This document shows positions 48,571-61,113 of a DNA stretch of 64,000 nucleotides, piece after piece (position 1 is the stretch's first letter; each line of letters starts with the position of its first letter). Under the pieces are notes generated by a model. The model made no database searches and was not told where the DNA came from. It was given only the letters and a program-made list of their open reading frames with translations. The stretch is from Mobula hypostoma (taxonomy: Eukaryota). Made by a program: the position numbers and the translations under genes. The stretch covers positions 230,208,001 through 230,272,000 of the forward strand of contig NC_086097.1 of NCBI RefSeq assembly GCF_963921235.1, given 5' to 3'.

Positions 48571-49594
48571 TATTACTAGTAGTATAACTATTGCTAGTGC
48601 TGTGTGCTTGCCATAGAGAGAGTGCAATGAAAAATTCATCAGCCAGGTACCTGCAATGATAAGTGGAGACCAGGTCAGTGTTCCATATAGCTTACAAGAA
48701 TGAGAGATGATCTCATTGAAGCGTTTAAGATCATGTCAAGTTTTATCAGGCTGAATACAAGGAGAATTTTCCCCTGGGCTGAGCAGTCTAAAATCTCGGA
48801 AAAGGAGTATCCAATTAAGGACTAAAATGAGAAATATCTTCATGGTGGTGAATCTTGGAATTCTGTACTCTGAAGGACTGTGGAGTAATAGTCAGTAATT
48901 CAAATCAGTGGTCAATAGATTTATAGACATCTGGGAAACCACAGGATAGATGGGCAGTGCAGGGAAATGGAAATACAGTAGATCAGCCATGATCTTGATT
49001 AGCAGAGCAGGCTCGAAGGACCCAATTCTTTCTTTCCTATTTTCTCTTTTAAAATATATTAGATTTAAGACGAGTTTGCCCCAGTGTGAACTTGTTATGG
49101 AAACCAGAGGTTCCAACAACATGAGTTCCATGTTGTTCAGGGAACTTTTCTCTCGTTCCACATTCAGCTGCATCATCATGTGTGTTGGAAGTCAGACTCC
49201 TTCAAAATCGTCACTGTCCTACTGTAGCCCACTGACAAATTGATCAGTGCAGTCAGACAGGCTTGAGATGCAGTGACCAGTCCTTTAATGTAAGCTATAG
49301 CCCAAAGATCTTGACCAGTCCCTTGAGCAGAATATGATGCTCTCACCCTTGTTGAGTTATTTCATAGGTTAAGCTGTCCTATTCGTCCTTGGCTTTGAAG
49401 ATAAGAGTGTGAAGATGAACATGAATTATGCTGGAGTGCACCATGTCCTGGAAATAGCAACCGTAACTAGATCCTCAGAAGAACGATTACTACGGGTTGT
49501 GTCCCAAAACTATTGTGAGAACCTTTTCCCCCGGTAGGAAATAGCCCATCACTTCCCCATTTGACCTTCTCCATTACCTCATAAGACTAAAGCT

Positions 49595-49905
49595 TAAAGA
49601 TCAGCTTTATTTGTCACATGTACAGCAAAACATAAAGTGAAATGCAGCTTTTGTATCAACGGCCAGCATAGTTCAAGAATGGTGCTTGGGGGGCAGCCCA
49701 CAAATGCCACCACATTTCCTACGCCAACATAGCATGCCCAAAACTCATTAACCCTAACCATTCGTTTTTGGAATGTGGGAGGAAACTGGAGCACCTGGAG
49801 GAAACCCATGCGATCATTTGGATTATGTGCAACTCTTTACAGATAGCAGTGGGAACTGAACCCTGATGGGAGATTGACGTCACTATAAAGTGTTGCCCCA
49901 CATAA
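49595..49905 (-). mobile_element. V-SINE (HE1-like) with a Rex1-like tail
   Basis: V-domain TGGGTTTCCTCCAGGTGCTCCAGTTTCCTCCCACATTCCAAA and B-box GGTTCAGTTC. Confidence 0.72.
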
Positions 49906-50059
49906 CAGCAGGTGCTCTTGTAAATCATCTTCATTCCAAATCTGTATTGAACTTATAGCTCAAATGTAAGGTGTGTCCAATTGCTCTCTGCGTGACACCC
50001 GTTCTGTGTCTGAAAAGGGCCTTGCATCAGTTTCTAAACCAGGCCTAGGAAGCAGTTGT

Positions 50060-50296
50060 TTACTTATTTAGAGATACAGCTCAGTAACAGTCCCTTCCGA
50101 CCCAATTACACCCTTGTGGCTAATTAATCTACTAACCCGTACTTCTTTGGAGCGTGGGAGGAAACTGGAGCACCCAGAGGAAACTCACATGGTCACGGGG
50201 AGAACATACAAACTCCTTATAGACAGCAGCAGGCATTGAATCTGGCTTGCTGGCATTGTAAAATATTGGCGCGAATTGCTACACTACCATGCTGCC
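50060..50296 (-). mobile_element. HE1-like V-SINE
   Basis: Same V-domain and tail as 14565-14828. Confidence 0.78.
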
Positions 50297-51179
50297 TTTA
50301 AAGTGGATCAGAATTGTTAAAAGTTACATTCAAGGTATATTGCCCTTTAAACAAAAAAAGAGGAGATAAATGCCACTGTTGCTGATGATCACGATGTTTA
50401 ATCTGGATTTCCATTATAGAAAGATACTAGCTGTCTCAGTGAAGTTACCAGATGTTGTGGTGCATATCAGAAAGCTGTTCAAAAATGATATGTGCTCACC
50501 TGATATGACAATGGATAAATTTAAAAATTCTGTTTGTTGATGTAGAATGCACATATTGGATGCAGTGGGAGTATCACAGACCTCAGAGAACTGTGTTCAT
50601 TGAAATTAAGTGGGCTCTGTGACCTGGAATTTTTGTTTATAGGCACATTCATGCCTGGCACCTTCCAGAATGGATCCGCAGTGTCCGGCATCCCAGAGTG
50701 GATCTGCAAGGTCCATTGTAAGTGATGACAACATGTTGGCTGTGTAGTGCATCAACTGAAGAATTTGGACAGACAGCAAAAATAAAGTAAAAAGCCAAGT
50801 TTTATTTTCAACATTTTACATTGAGGAAAGTAAAAGTGGGACATAACTGTGGATTAACCTGGAAGTTGAGATAACACGTAAAACATAAAAAATCATAAAA
50901 TAACTTTAAAAATCATGAAGTTTTGGAATAACTATTTAGGTTCCATGTACAAAATTATTTTTTTGGGAGGGTCTAGGGAGAGATTTTGCAGCAGTAATTG
51001 TTTTAGACCAAGGTTAAAATTTCAGCTACACCTCATTCAACAAGACATGACACTCGAACAGTAAGAATAGTGCAGTAATAGTTGTTTTGTGTCACATCAC
51101 TGAGTGTGCTGATTGCCTCTATGAAAACCTCACCAGTGCACCCCATGCAGAAGCAGACTACTTGCATGTTTAAACGGCG

Positions 51180-51905
51180 CGTGTGGTTACCAGAAGTGAC
51201 AAATAATTTCAAGGAACAATGAAATCTGGTGTGAAGAACCGTTTTTGGCAAGCGGTGGGTTTTCGGACCGGTTGTGTGCCCCAGTGCTTCGCTATCTCTT
51301 GAAATGGCCTGGAAGACGTGCTCCCTTGGGGAGTGGCCCTGCGGACAACCCGATTCCTCGCTGACTGAAGTGTCATGGGAGACCAAAATATCGAGACAGC
51401 AAGTGGTGTGTTTGCTAATCGCTGGTGGCTGTCGGAAGGAGGTCCCTGTACTCGAGCGATTTCCACCCCCACCCCACCCCGCTCTCTCTTTTGATGGAAG
51501 GTGAGAGCCTGTCAGTTTGAGTTGGTGGGCTTGGAGAAGCAACGTGGAAGAGGGGGAGGGAGAGAGAGAGAGAAAACGAACAAACTTGTCTGAGATACCA
51601 AAGTGATGGCTTATGGGCTGCAGTTTTTGATGGACTCTGGATCAAGGTCTCTTTGGGGGCTTTGCTGTTGCTTGCATGGTGGGAGGATGGGGAGGGGAAG
51701 GGTTGGTGCTTTTGTTGGCACAAGTGTGGGGGGGGAGGGAGGTAGACACTTCTGCTGCTTTTGCAAAGGAGTAGGGGAGGCTTCAGGGCTGTGACGTTTT
51801 ATCATTCATTTTATGAGGATTCTTATTTCAGTGGATGTCTGAAGAGTAAGAATTTCAGGTTGTATACATCCTCTGATATTAAATTGAGCCTTTGAAACCT
51901 TTGAA
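51180..51905 (+). mobile_element. Non-autonomous LINE-derived element ((CCTTTGAA)n tail)
   Basis: Non-coding. Ends GAATTTCAGGTTGTATACATCCTCTGATATTAAA plus an AACCTTTGAA repeat; shares its 3' end with 55371-56195. 5' boundary uncertain. Confidence 0.55.
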
Positions 51906-52039
51906 GCTTGGCCCTTATTATAACCACAAAATCCAAGCCAATTAAAATATTAAAACCCAATTTTTAAAAATCCTACAGGCTGGAGGTTTTGAACAGAATA
52001 AGATAGTCGAGTCCTTATGCCTTTTACCACTTTTATTTC

Positions 52040-53246
52040 ACCATGAAGAAACATACATTCAACATTTATTACATTGCAGCAGAAAATCTGGTTTAAATTT
52101 TGTACCCTAGAGTGAGCTGTGTGGTCTTCCGTAAATTATAAATGCTTTATGATTTGAAAGCTTTCAATGGGGTTTGCTATTACTTTATGTTTAAGTTAAG
52201 GCTTTGCTCTGAATATGAAGTCTATGCAAAGTGTTTGTAAAGAATCAATGCCATCATAGTTAAAATGAGAGGTCATAAACGGAGAGAATCCTTCTAGAAC
52301 AGACACATTCACTAGCATTAGACAACTGAGCAAATTGACTCAGCTTGAAAAAGAACACTGGAGTCTCTTCCAAGGGATGTTGGAAACTATGATCAGTAGA
52401 GATCTCCCTACTGGCCTTTTGATTCTAATGTAAAAGAATATGCTTATCTAACAAAACCAAAATCAATCAAATATATATTTATATATATATATTTCTTTAA
52501 AAAAATCTGTTAGGTGACATCAAATTATGCTGACAAAGCACAATACGCAGCAAAACAATTTGTTCTAAACTGTTTAAGGTTCTTCATGTTTTCACAGGCA
52601 TTACCATTGTATATCAAGATTTCCAGTTACAAGCTTCAAGTTGCTTAGTATGATAATAGATATGGGCTTACACTGTCATTGGCACATCTACTGTAAGGTA
52701 TGACATAATCCCTTGATATAATTAACAACGTTTCACCAACTTTGGGGTGAAAGTTGCTTGTTTATAAATGATACCAGGTACAATTAAAATGAATTACTGC
52801 CACATCATTTACCTTATTACCTTGGTCAACTATATTTTTATTAAATTGTCAAAGGCAGGATCTCCTCTCTGTTTCTTTTAAAATATGCATCTCCCAATGT
52901 ACCTTTTGCTGCTTCATCGTGCTGATAAAAGATAACTTAAGTGGTGTGAACGCCTTACTCTATGGGTATGAAAATGTGTTCTTCTTAATTTGTTTTGTGA
53001 TAAGGATTTATTCTAGTCATGCAATATTCAACTGTCGCTTGGATAGGATGGAATGAAGGTTTTTTTGGCAATGTTCTTATTTAGTGAGAGGGTCCTCATA
53101 CAACGTGCTCCAGTACGCTTGATGTGAAAGGTCATTAGTGGATGGATTCGTGACAAATGAAGTCATGTGTATGACTCCATTAAGATTCCAAAATCATTCC
53201 TAATGATGGGTATGCATGACTTCCTTTTGTGAAGATGTGGTCACTC
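52040..53246 (-). other. EPB41L3: EPB41L3 terminal non-coding exon (3' UTR)
   Basis: Acceptor gttttattttcctttctcag (AG at 53248-53247) with a ctaat branch-like motif upstream. About 1.2 kb of repeat-free AT-rich sequence with minus-strand AATAAA at 52070-52065 and 52037-52032. Confidence 0.78.
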
Positions 53247-53651
53247 CTGAGAAAGGAAAATAAAACAAGTACATTAATTAGTCCGTTTAATATTTCACCT
53301 TTTCAAACAATTATCAAAATATGAGCTTCACAATATTTGTTTGAAATGTTTATAAATTACATTATTACAAGATAGATTGCAAATTCCCTTTTGTGTTTGT
53401 AACTTCAGATGATAGAAAATAGCCCGATGACAATACTCAAAGTCAGCGTGCGGCTGACGCATCTCATTCTAGAAACAGCAGATGCACAATCTGAAGAAGT
53501 CCATAACCACAAATTGCAGCATTCAATTGTTAGGCAGCCACAGAACTCAAACAACAAAAATAAAAATTAGTCTGGAGGAGAAAAAAGCAAAAGCTTGCAA
53601 TTGAAATTTTAAAAAGACATAAAAGTTAGTTATTTATGCAATGATAGAGAA

Positions 53652-53725
53652 GGCATCCGTTTGTCTTGCGAGACCATGGATCTGTGCCTGGAAAGTCTTC
53701 ACTGTCCAGGGCGCAGGCCTGGGCA
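53652..53725 (-). mobile_element. Probable RTE-type 3'-end fragment
   Basis: Minus strand GATCCATGGTCTCGCAAGACAAACGGATGCC resembles RTE 3' stem-loop ends; a short GC-rich insert in AT-rich intron. Confidence 0.4.
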
Positions 53726-54079
53726 TCGCAATGATAATATTTTACATATAAGGATATAATCCAACATGTGATATTATGGGGTGGTGAACAGGACATTAAA
53801 TCTTGACATGGCTTTAGTAATGTCTGTTTCACATTATCTGGCCAGTTTTTTCTCTCCAGATAGTGCAATATTTATTGGCTATAATTTGCCAGTACAACAA
53901 ATTTAGTTATAAATATTACTTGTCAGACAATTATGCATCTGATCCTTCAAATTACCTGGAGAATTTAACAGAATCTACCACAGCAAGATCAGTGACAAAT
54001 CCAGAAGGACCACAATCAAAGGCAGGTTACCAGAGCAGAGTCATTATTTGAGTGCTCAAATAATTAAACTGCACAAAAT

Positions 54080-57000
54080 CAGGTCCACAGCATTCTAAAG
54101 GGGGAGGGTGAGCAGCCAGTGACACCAATGACATGGGTAGGAAAGTGATGAGGTTGTGAAGAGAGATTTTCGGGAGCTAGGTAGAAAGCTGAAAAACAGG
54201 ACCTCAGGGTAGTAATCTCTGGATTGCCGCCAGTGCCACATGCCAGTGGAGTTAAGAACAGGATGATTTGGCAGATGAATGCATGGCTGAGGAATTGGTA
54301 CAAAGGGTAGGGGTTCAGATTTATGGATCATAGGGATCTCCTCTAGGGAAGGTATGACCTGTACAAAAGGGACAGGTTACCAATATCCCTGCAGGATGGT
54401 TTGCTAGATCTGTCTGGGAGGGTTTGAGCTCATTTGGCAGGGGGATGGGAACCACAGGGATAGCGCTGAAGATGAACTAGTTAGTTCACAAACAGAGGCA
54501 GTGTGTAGTGAGACTGCTAGTAAGGAGAGGCTGAGGATAGGGACAAATTGCGGTCAACAGGATGTGTTGCGATGTAAAAAGGGGACAGAATCGAAAGGTG
54601 GACTGAAGGTGTTATTTGAGTGCACAAAGTATACGGAATAAGGTAGATAAATTTGTAACACAGTTACAGATTGGCATGTATGATGTTGTGGGCATCACGG
54701 AGTTGTGGCTGAAAGATCATAGCTGGGAGCTTAACGTCCAAGGACACACATTGTATCAAAAGGACAGGCAGGTAAGCAGAATGGTTAGTGTGGTTCTGTT
54801 GATTAAAAAAAAATGAAATCAAAACATTAGAAAGCAGCGACATTGGGCTAGAAGGTGTTGAATCATTGTGAGTAGAGCTAAGGAACTGCAAGAGTGAAAA
54901 GTTCCTGATGGGAGTTATAAACAAACCCCCAAACAGTAGTAAAGATGTTGTCTACAAATTACCAAGGGAGATAGAAAATGCATGTCAAAGGGCAATGCTA
55001 CAACAGTCAAGGGGGATTTCAATATGCAAGGAGATTGGGGAAAATCAGGTTGGTGCTGGATCCCAAGAGGGGGAATATCTAGAATGCCTATGTGAGTGCT
55101 TTTTAGAGCAGCTCATGGATGAGCTCACAAGGGGTCAGGTATTCTGGATTGGGAGTTGTGCAATGAACCGTAATGGTTAAGCGAGCTTAAGGTAAAGGAA
55201 CCCTGAGGAAGTGATCATCGTATGGTGGAACTCACCCTGCAGTCTGAAAAGGAAACGCTAAAGTTAGATATATCAGTATTACTGCGGAGGAAAAGGAATT
55301 ACAGAGGCATGAGAGAGGAGTTGGCTAAAATTGATTGGAAAAGAACACTAGCAGGGATGACGGCAGAGCATAAGGAGGTGGAGCTTAGGAGGATGATGGC
55401 GCCCAGTGGCGACTTCTTTGCTTGCATCCTTGGAAACAGCTACTTCTATCTTTGATATCTCATTTTTTCCCTTTCAAGGTTCTTTTGAAGACCCTGACCT
55501 GGGGTTACACATTGACTAAAGTTCTTTGCAGGAACAGGACCCGCTCTTGGGGCCTCACGACCGGCCACTTTTCAATATGCCAAGGATGTGGCCTGGAAGA
55601 CTAGTGCACCTTCAGGGTGCCGGATTTTCGTGGCTCTGGAGTCGGGCTGATTCAATGCTGGTGCCGCCGCCTGATGTGTTGTGGGAGATGAAAGATCGTA
55701 AGGAACAAGCTGGCTGCCGGCTGTATGCCCAGAGACCCGAGTTCTTTGGGCACAGAGCTTGGAAAAAGCGACACAACAGACTTTTAACACCATAAATTAG
55801 CGAGTTGCTTTGTTATGTCTCTCCTCTCGCTGTGAAATGAGGACATCCCTTTTTCCCTTATTAGGGAGAGATAGAGCCGGTGGTATGTCGAATTACCTGG
55901 TGAACGAGTAGTCTTTGGGGTACTGCAAGTCTGTGTCTTTATTAATGCTTTGCTACACACTTGAGTGCTCAGTGTGGGGAGGGGGTTGCAGATGTATTTT
56001 TGCCAGTGGGAGAGGGGGGATTGTTGCTGCTGCTTATGCTTGGGAGGGGGGAATTAGGGGGACTTTGGAGTTCTAACATTCAACTGTCATTCATTCTTTG
56101 GAGCACTTTGTGGATGTTGGTGAAGAAAAAGAATTTCAGGATGTAGATTGTATACCTTTCTCTGACATTAAATGTACCTATTGAAACCTATTGAATTACT
56201 GGGAGTAATTCAGTAAGCACAGGTTATATACATCCCAATGAGGAAAAAGTATTCTAAAGGCAAGATAGAAAATTGAGGCTAACGAGAGAAGTCAAAGCTA
56301 ACATAAAAGCCAAAGAGAGGGCATATAATAGAGCAAAAAAATAGTGGGAAGTTAGAGGATTGGGAAGCTTTTAAAAACCAACAGAAGACCACTAAAAAAG
56401 TAATTAAGGAAGAGATGAAACATGAAGGTAAGCTTGCCAATAATATTAAAAAGGATACCAAAAGTTTCCTCAGATGTATAAAAGAAAATTATATATAGAT
56501 ATGTAAAAGAAAGGCGAGAGTAGATATCAGACCGCTGGAAAATGATGCTGGAGAGGTAGTAATAGGGGACAACGAAATGGCGGATGAAGTGAATAAGTAT
56601 TTTGCATCAGTCTTCACTGTGGAAAACACTAGCAGTATGCTGAAAATTCAAGAGAGTTGGAGGCAGAAGTGCGTGAGGTTGCCATTACTAGGGAGAAACT
56701 TCTTGGGAAACTGCAAGATTTTGAAGGTAGATAAGTCACCTGGACCAGATGGCATACATCCCAGGATTCTGAAAGAGGTGGCTGAAGAGATTGTGGAGGC
56801 AATAGTAAAGATCTTCCAAGAATCAACTGATTCTGGGATGGTTCTAGAAGACTGGAAAATGACAAATATCACTCCATTCTTTGAGGATGGAAAGAGGCAG
56901 AAAAAAAAGGACACTATAGGTCAGTTAGTCTGACCTCAGTGGTTGGGAAGATGTTGGAATTGATTGCTGAGGATGAGGTCTCAGGGTACTTGGAGGCACA

Positions 57001-57840
57001 TGGTAAAATAGGCCATAGTCAGCATGGTTTCCTTAAAGGAAAATCTTGCCTGACAAACATTTGGAATTCTTTGAAGAAATTAGCAGGATAGACAAAGGAA
57101 TGGATGTTGTGTACTTGGATTTTCAAAAGGCTTTTGACAAGATGCAACACATGAGGCTGCTTAACAAGCTACGAGCCCATGGTATTACAGGAAAGATACA
57201 ATGTTAAAATGCAACGTTAACATTCATTTTGAGGGACTAGAATATAAAGGCAAGGATGTAATTTTGAGGCTTTATAAAGCACTAGTGAAGCCTCACTTGC
57301 AGTATTGTGAGCTGTTTGGCTCCTCATCTAAGAAAGGATGTGCTGACATTGGAGAGGGTTCAAAGGAGGTTCATGAAAATGATTCCGGGATTGAAAGGCT
57401 TGTCATATGAAGAGCGTTTGATGACTCTGGGCCTCTAACCCAATGGAACTCAGAAGTATGACGGGTGACCTAATTGAAACCTACTGAATGGTAAAATGCT
57501 TCAATAGAGTGGATCTCTCCTATGGTGGGAGAGCCGAAAACCAGAGAACACAGCCTCGGAATAGGTGGGCGTCTTTTAGAACGGGGATGAGGAGGAATTT
57601 CTTGAGCCAGAGAGTGGTGGATCTGTGGAATTCATTGCCAGAGATGGCTCTGGAGGCCATGTCATAGTGTATATTTAAGGCAGAGGTTGATAGATTCTTG
57701 AAAAGTCAAGGCATGAAGGGATACGGGGAGAAGGCAGGAGATTGAGGCAGAGGGAAAATGGATCAGCCATGTTGAAATGGCGGAGCAGACTCGATGGGCC
57801 AAATGGCCTAACTCTTCTCCTATATCTTATGTTCTTATGG
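54080..57840 (+). mobile_element. Long degenerate CR1 (ORF1 esterase, endonuclease, RT, 3' UTR) in the last EPB41L3 intron
   Basis: RVVISGLPPVPHAS, SAQSIRNK...VVGITELWL, KSPGPDGIHPRILKE, DFQKAFD, and a CR1 tail at about 57840. Confidence 0.85.
55371..56195 (+). mobile_element. Non-autonomous element nested in the CR1
   Basis: Starts near GATGATGGCG and ends ATTAAATGTA(CCTATTGAA)2. CR1 sequence resumes afterwards. Confidence 0.6.
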
Positions 57841-58679
57841 AAATTAGAGAAAGCTGGCTGATTGAGTTCTGACATAAAAAGCAGGAATCCTTTCAGACTT
57901 TGCTCAACTCATCCAAAAGCTCCTCCTACATTAGCATGAACAAAGCAAACATATTCTTGGTAGAAATTCTTGACATCGGAAAGGTAAACTTTCTACTTTT
58001 GGTTTACCACGATTTTCAGCCTCATTCTGTTGCACAAAACTCTGTACTGATTTAACTAAAAGTAACCAACATTAAATTAATTTACCATTCAACAAATCAT
58101 TATTAATTCTCTAGATTAATATTAACAATTTAAATAACTCTCAAACATTGATTTTGTTATTTTTTTAAAGCTGTATTTTAATTACTGATATTAGGAGTTA
58201 AGTACAAACAATGGACAGGGGCTTAAAATGGTTCATGTCCCATCAATAAAATGAAGGATTTGCTTTATTTGCCACATGTACATCAATAAATGGTTATGGG
58301 ATAAACATGAAACAATTTAGCCAGCACATGCAAAAGCACAGTAGAAAGAGCCACAAACACCAGTGAAATCACTGAGGATGGGAATCACTATTTCTTCAAA
58401 TAACCAGAAGCAGCCACAGAAATCACTCTCTAACCCATAGTTTCCAACATATGGTGTTTGCAAGTCAATGATCTCCCTTCTGACTTTTCATACCATTGCT
58501 AGCAGCACAAATCTTTGAAAAACTATTCTGCTTATTCTGTGAATTACTTGTGATCCTGTATTCTCCCCCATCCTCAAATTGAGGGCAATGTGGCAAGACT
58601 GGGGATACAGTAAATTTGTTCATGATGCTAATTTTAACACAGTTGACTACTTTGTGTGATTTTAATCTATCACTCCACT

Positions 58680-59090
58680 CACACTTGTCTCAGAACATCT
58701 CCTGAGTTGGATGGTACCGTGGTTCTGCATTTATGGATTGAACTACTGTGTTTATCGGACCTGGACTTTTTCAGACTTATTATTTTTATACGCTGTATTT
58801 TTTGTTGCCCATTCCTTTTCCATTTTGTTGTGTGTGGACAGTTGTGTTTGTGGGTTGATGATCTGTTGGGTTCTGTTAGTTATTTTGTGCGGGGAGGGGT
58901 TTCTTGGGGGTCGATATTCCTGTTCCATTTTGTGGGGGGGATTGATCATCAGGATGCCGTTCATTTTTTGTGGCGGGGTGGTGGGTTTGAGACTTTCACG
59001 TTCTTTCTTTGTTTCATGACTATCTGGAGAAGGCAAATCTCGAGTTGTCTGTGGATACATGCTTTGATAATAAATGAACCTTTAAAACTT
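58680..59090 (+). mobile_element. LINE-derived 3' UTR fragment
   Basis: GT-rich, ends TTTGATAATAAATGAACCTTT; related to the 51180 and 55371 tails. Confidence 0.45.
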
Positions 59091-59289
59091 TTTCATTGTC
59101 AGTAAATCTTACTCTGCCATTTGTTTAAGTGCCTTTGGTGGTAGATATAGGTTTTTATAATTCAGCCAGTAGTCCTGTCGAAGGTATAAAAGGATGTTAC
59201 TGACTGGTTTCACTATTACAAAACTGGATAAACATCAAATGATTTAAATTTTCTTGCTTTATTTTTATCTTATTATTTTATTATTATCT

Positions 59290-59790
59290 CAGAAAGGGTG
59301 TGCTGAAACTGGAAAGGGTTCCAAGGAGGTTCACGAAAAGGATTCTGGGATTAAACGGGGAGTATTTGATGGCTCTGGGCCTGTATTCACTGGAATTCAA
59401 AGAATGAGGGGTGACCTAATTAAAACCTATTGAATGTGGAAAGCCCTTGACAGAGTGGATGTGAAGAGGATGTTTCCTATGGTAGGAGAGTCTAGAACCA
59501 GAACCAGAGGACACAGCCTCAGAATAGAGGGGTGTCCTTTTAGAACAGAGATGAGGAGAAATTTATTTAGCCAGAGAGTGGTAAATCTATGGAATTCGTT
59601 GCTACAGGCAACTGTGGAGGCCAGGTCTTTATGTATATTTAAGGCAGAGACTGATAGATTCTTGATTGGTCAAGGCATGAAGGGAAACGGGGAGAAGGCT
59701 GACAGGAAAAATGGATCAGCCATGATGAAATGACAGAGCAGACTCGATGGACCAAATGGCGTAATTCTGCTCCTATAACTTATGGTCTTA
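59290..59790 (+). mobile_element. CR1 3' fragment
   Basis: ORF 59434-59733 (RTRGHSLRIEG...SQRVVNLWNS) and a CTTATGG tail. Confidence 0.82.
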
Positions 59791-60174
59791 TTAACCATAG
59801 AGTTTGCACTTTAACTCCAGAAGTAATGATGTAGATGAGAGAGGGACACTGCAGTTCGGATGCTAATTTAGCACTCGTGTAGATTTGGTCTATTTATTCA
59901 ATGAACACACTGTGCATTTATCAACATAACATTTTCAATATCTTAAATCAGATCAATTAGATTAATGGTAGAGGTCCATGACATAAAGAAGGTCAGGAAC
60001 TCCAGAATTAGATAAATATATAGGTGTTATATCCCATTAACCAAATGTGTTAGAAGCATTCCAAAGCCCTTGCCTATGGGTTATAGAGTTAACACCTGCA
60101 AACTAAAATCAGAGCTAGGCAGAGAATGCTACAGTACTGCACAGCAGGCGGATGCTGTAGGCTCTTACCTGTGG

Positions 60175-60285
60175 TCAATCATCTCCGTCTTCCGGTGTGA
60201 TCTCTGTCTCTTTGTGTACCACTACCTTTTTCACAGACATATCAGGGTGTTGCTCTTTGGCCTCTTTAATCGCCTGAGCCAGGGC
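60175..60285 (-). CDS. EPB41L3: EPB41L3 last coding exon: ALAQAIKEAKEQHPDMSVKKVVVHKETEITPEDGDD*
   Basis: Acceptor ctttgggttag at 60287-60286, TGA at 60177-60175, exon continues 6 nt to donor CAG|GTAAGA (exon end 60169). The KETEITPEDG(D/E)D ending is 4.1B-like, and adjacency to ZBTB14 supports the L3 paralog. Confidence 0.95.
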   Translation of the reverse strand, partial: ALAQAIKEAKEQHPDMSVKKVVVHKETEITPEDGDD

Positions 60286-60931
60286 CTAACCCAAAGAAAG
60301 CCCCCGAGGTGTAAGAACAGTAGGAGGGACATGCATGATCAGAAGCAGGATGGAGAATTATGACCTTTTTTTTTCTCAATTACTTTGCCGATGGAAATAA
60401 TTAAAAGAAAATCTTAAGTTTTTTTTACAGGAAGGAGCAGTACGTCATACATTTGTATGAATGTATTTATTTTGAATTTGATTTAATCTTTCTTTAGGGT
60501 GTATATTTTGTTTCAGTTCAGTACTGTTAAGGGCAGTGGACTATTTAACCAATTGGTTTCACCACCTTCAATGCCGAATATGGCTCACCAAGACAGCCCT
60601 GTGTTCTCTGTGGTAGAACTCTGTCCCAGAAGTAACATTCATTCAGCAAGGACGAAGATGCCTTCATTCCCAATTTTCCAAACAACAGTCAAAAGACAGG
60701 AAATGAATTATGGAAGTTCTTTCTTTATCCCGTTCAATCTTTTCATCCATACACCCCCATAAAATGACTTACAGCTCCTTTATCTTAAAATGCATTTGAC
60801 AAATTAAATCTCAGAACATGCAGATTTTAAACTTCTTTTGGTTAGTAGTGTTTCCAAACATGAAATGTATGTTTTAAATATACAAGCTATCTTACATCAA
60901 CAAATTTTCAATATGCCCACGGTGAACATAC

Positions 60932-61012
60932 CTGATCGTGATCAATGTCAGCATCTCCTGTAATGACAATTCGCTTCTCAATGCGTGTTTCTGAAATTCC
61001 TCCTTTCACAAT
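60932..61012 (-). CDS. EPB41L3: EPB41L3 (band 4.1-like protein 3) coding exon, C-terminal domain: [27 protein letters not shown]
   Basis: 81-nt phase-0 exon with acceptor ctttctgttcaaag and donor CAG|GTATG. The translation is the band-4.1 C-terminal domain motif. Upstream exons lie beyond the window end. Confidence 0.95.
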
Positions 61013-61113
61013 CTTTGAACAGAAAGTTGAACACAGATGGTCACTTCAAGTTTACATAAACTCTCAATTATAATGGCTGACCAAGTATTCTAATAAGAAC
61101 ATAAGAGCAAAAG

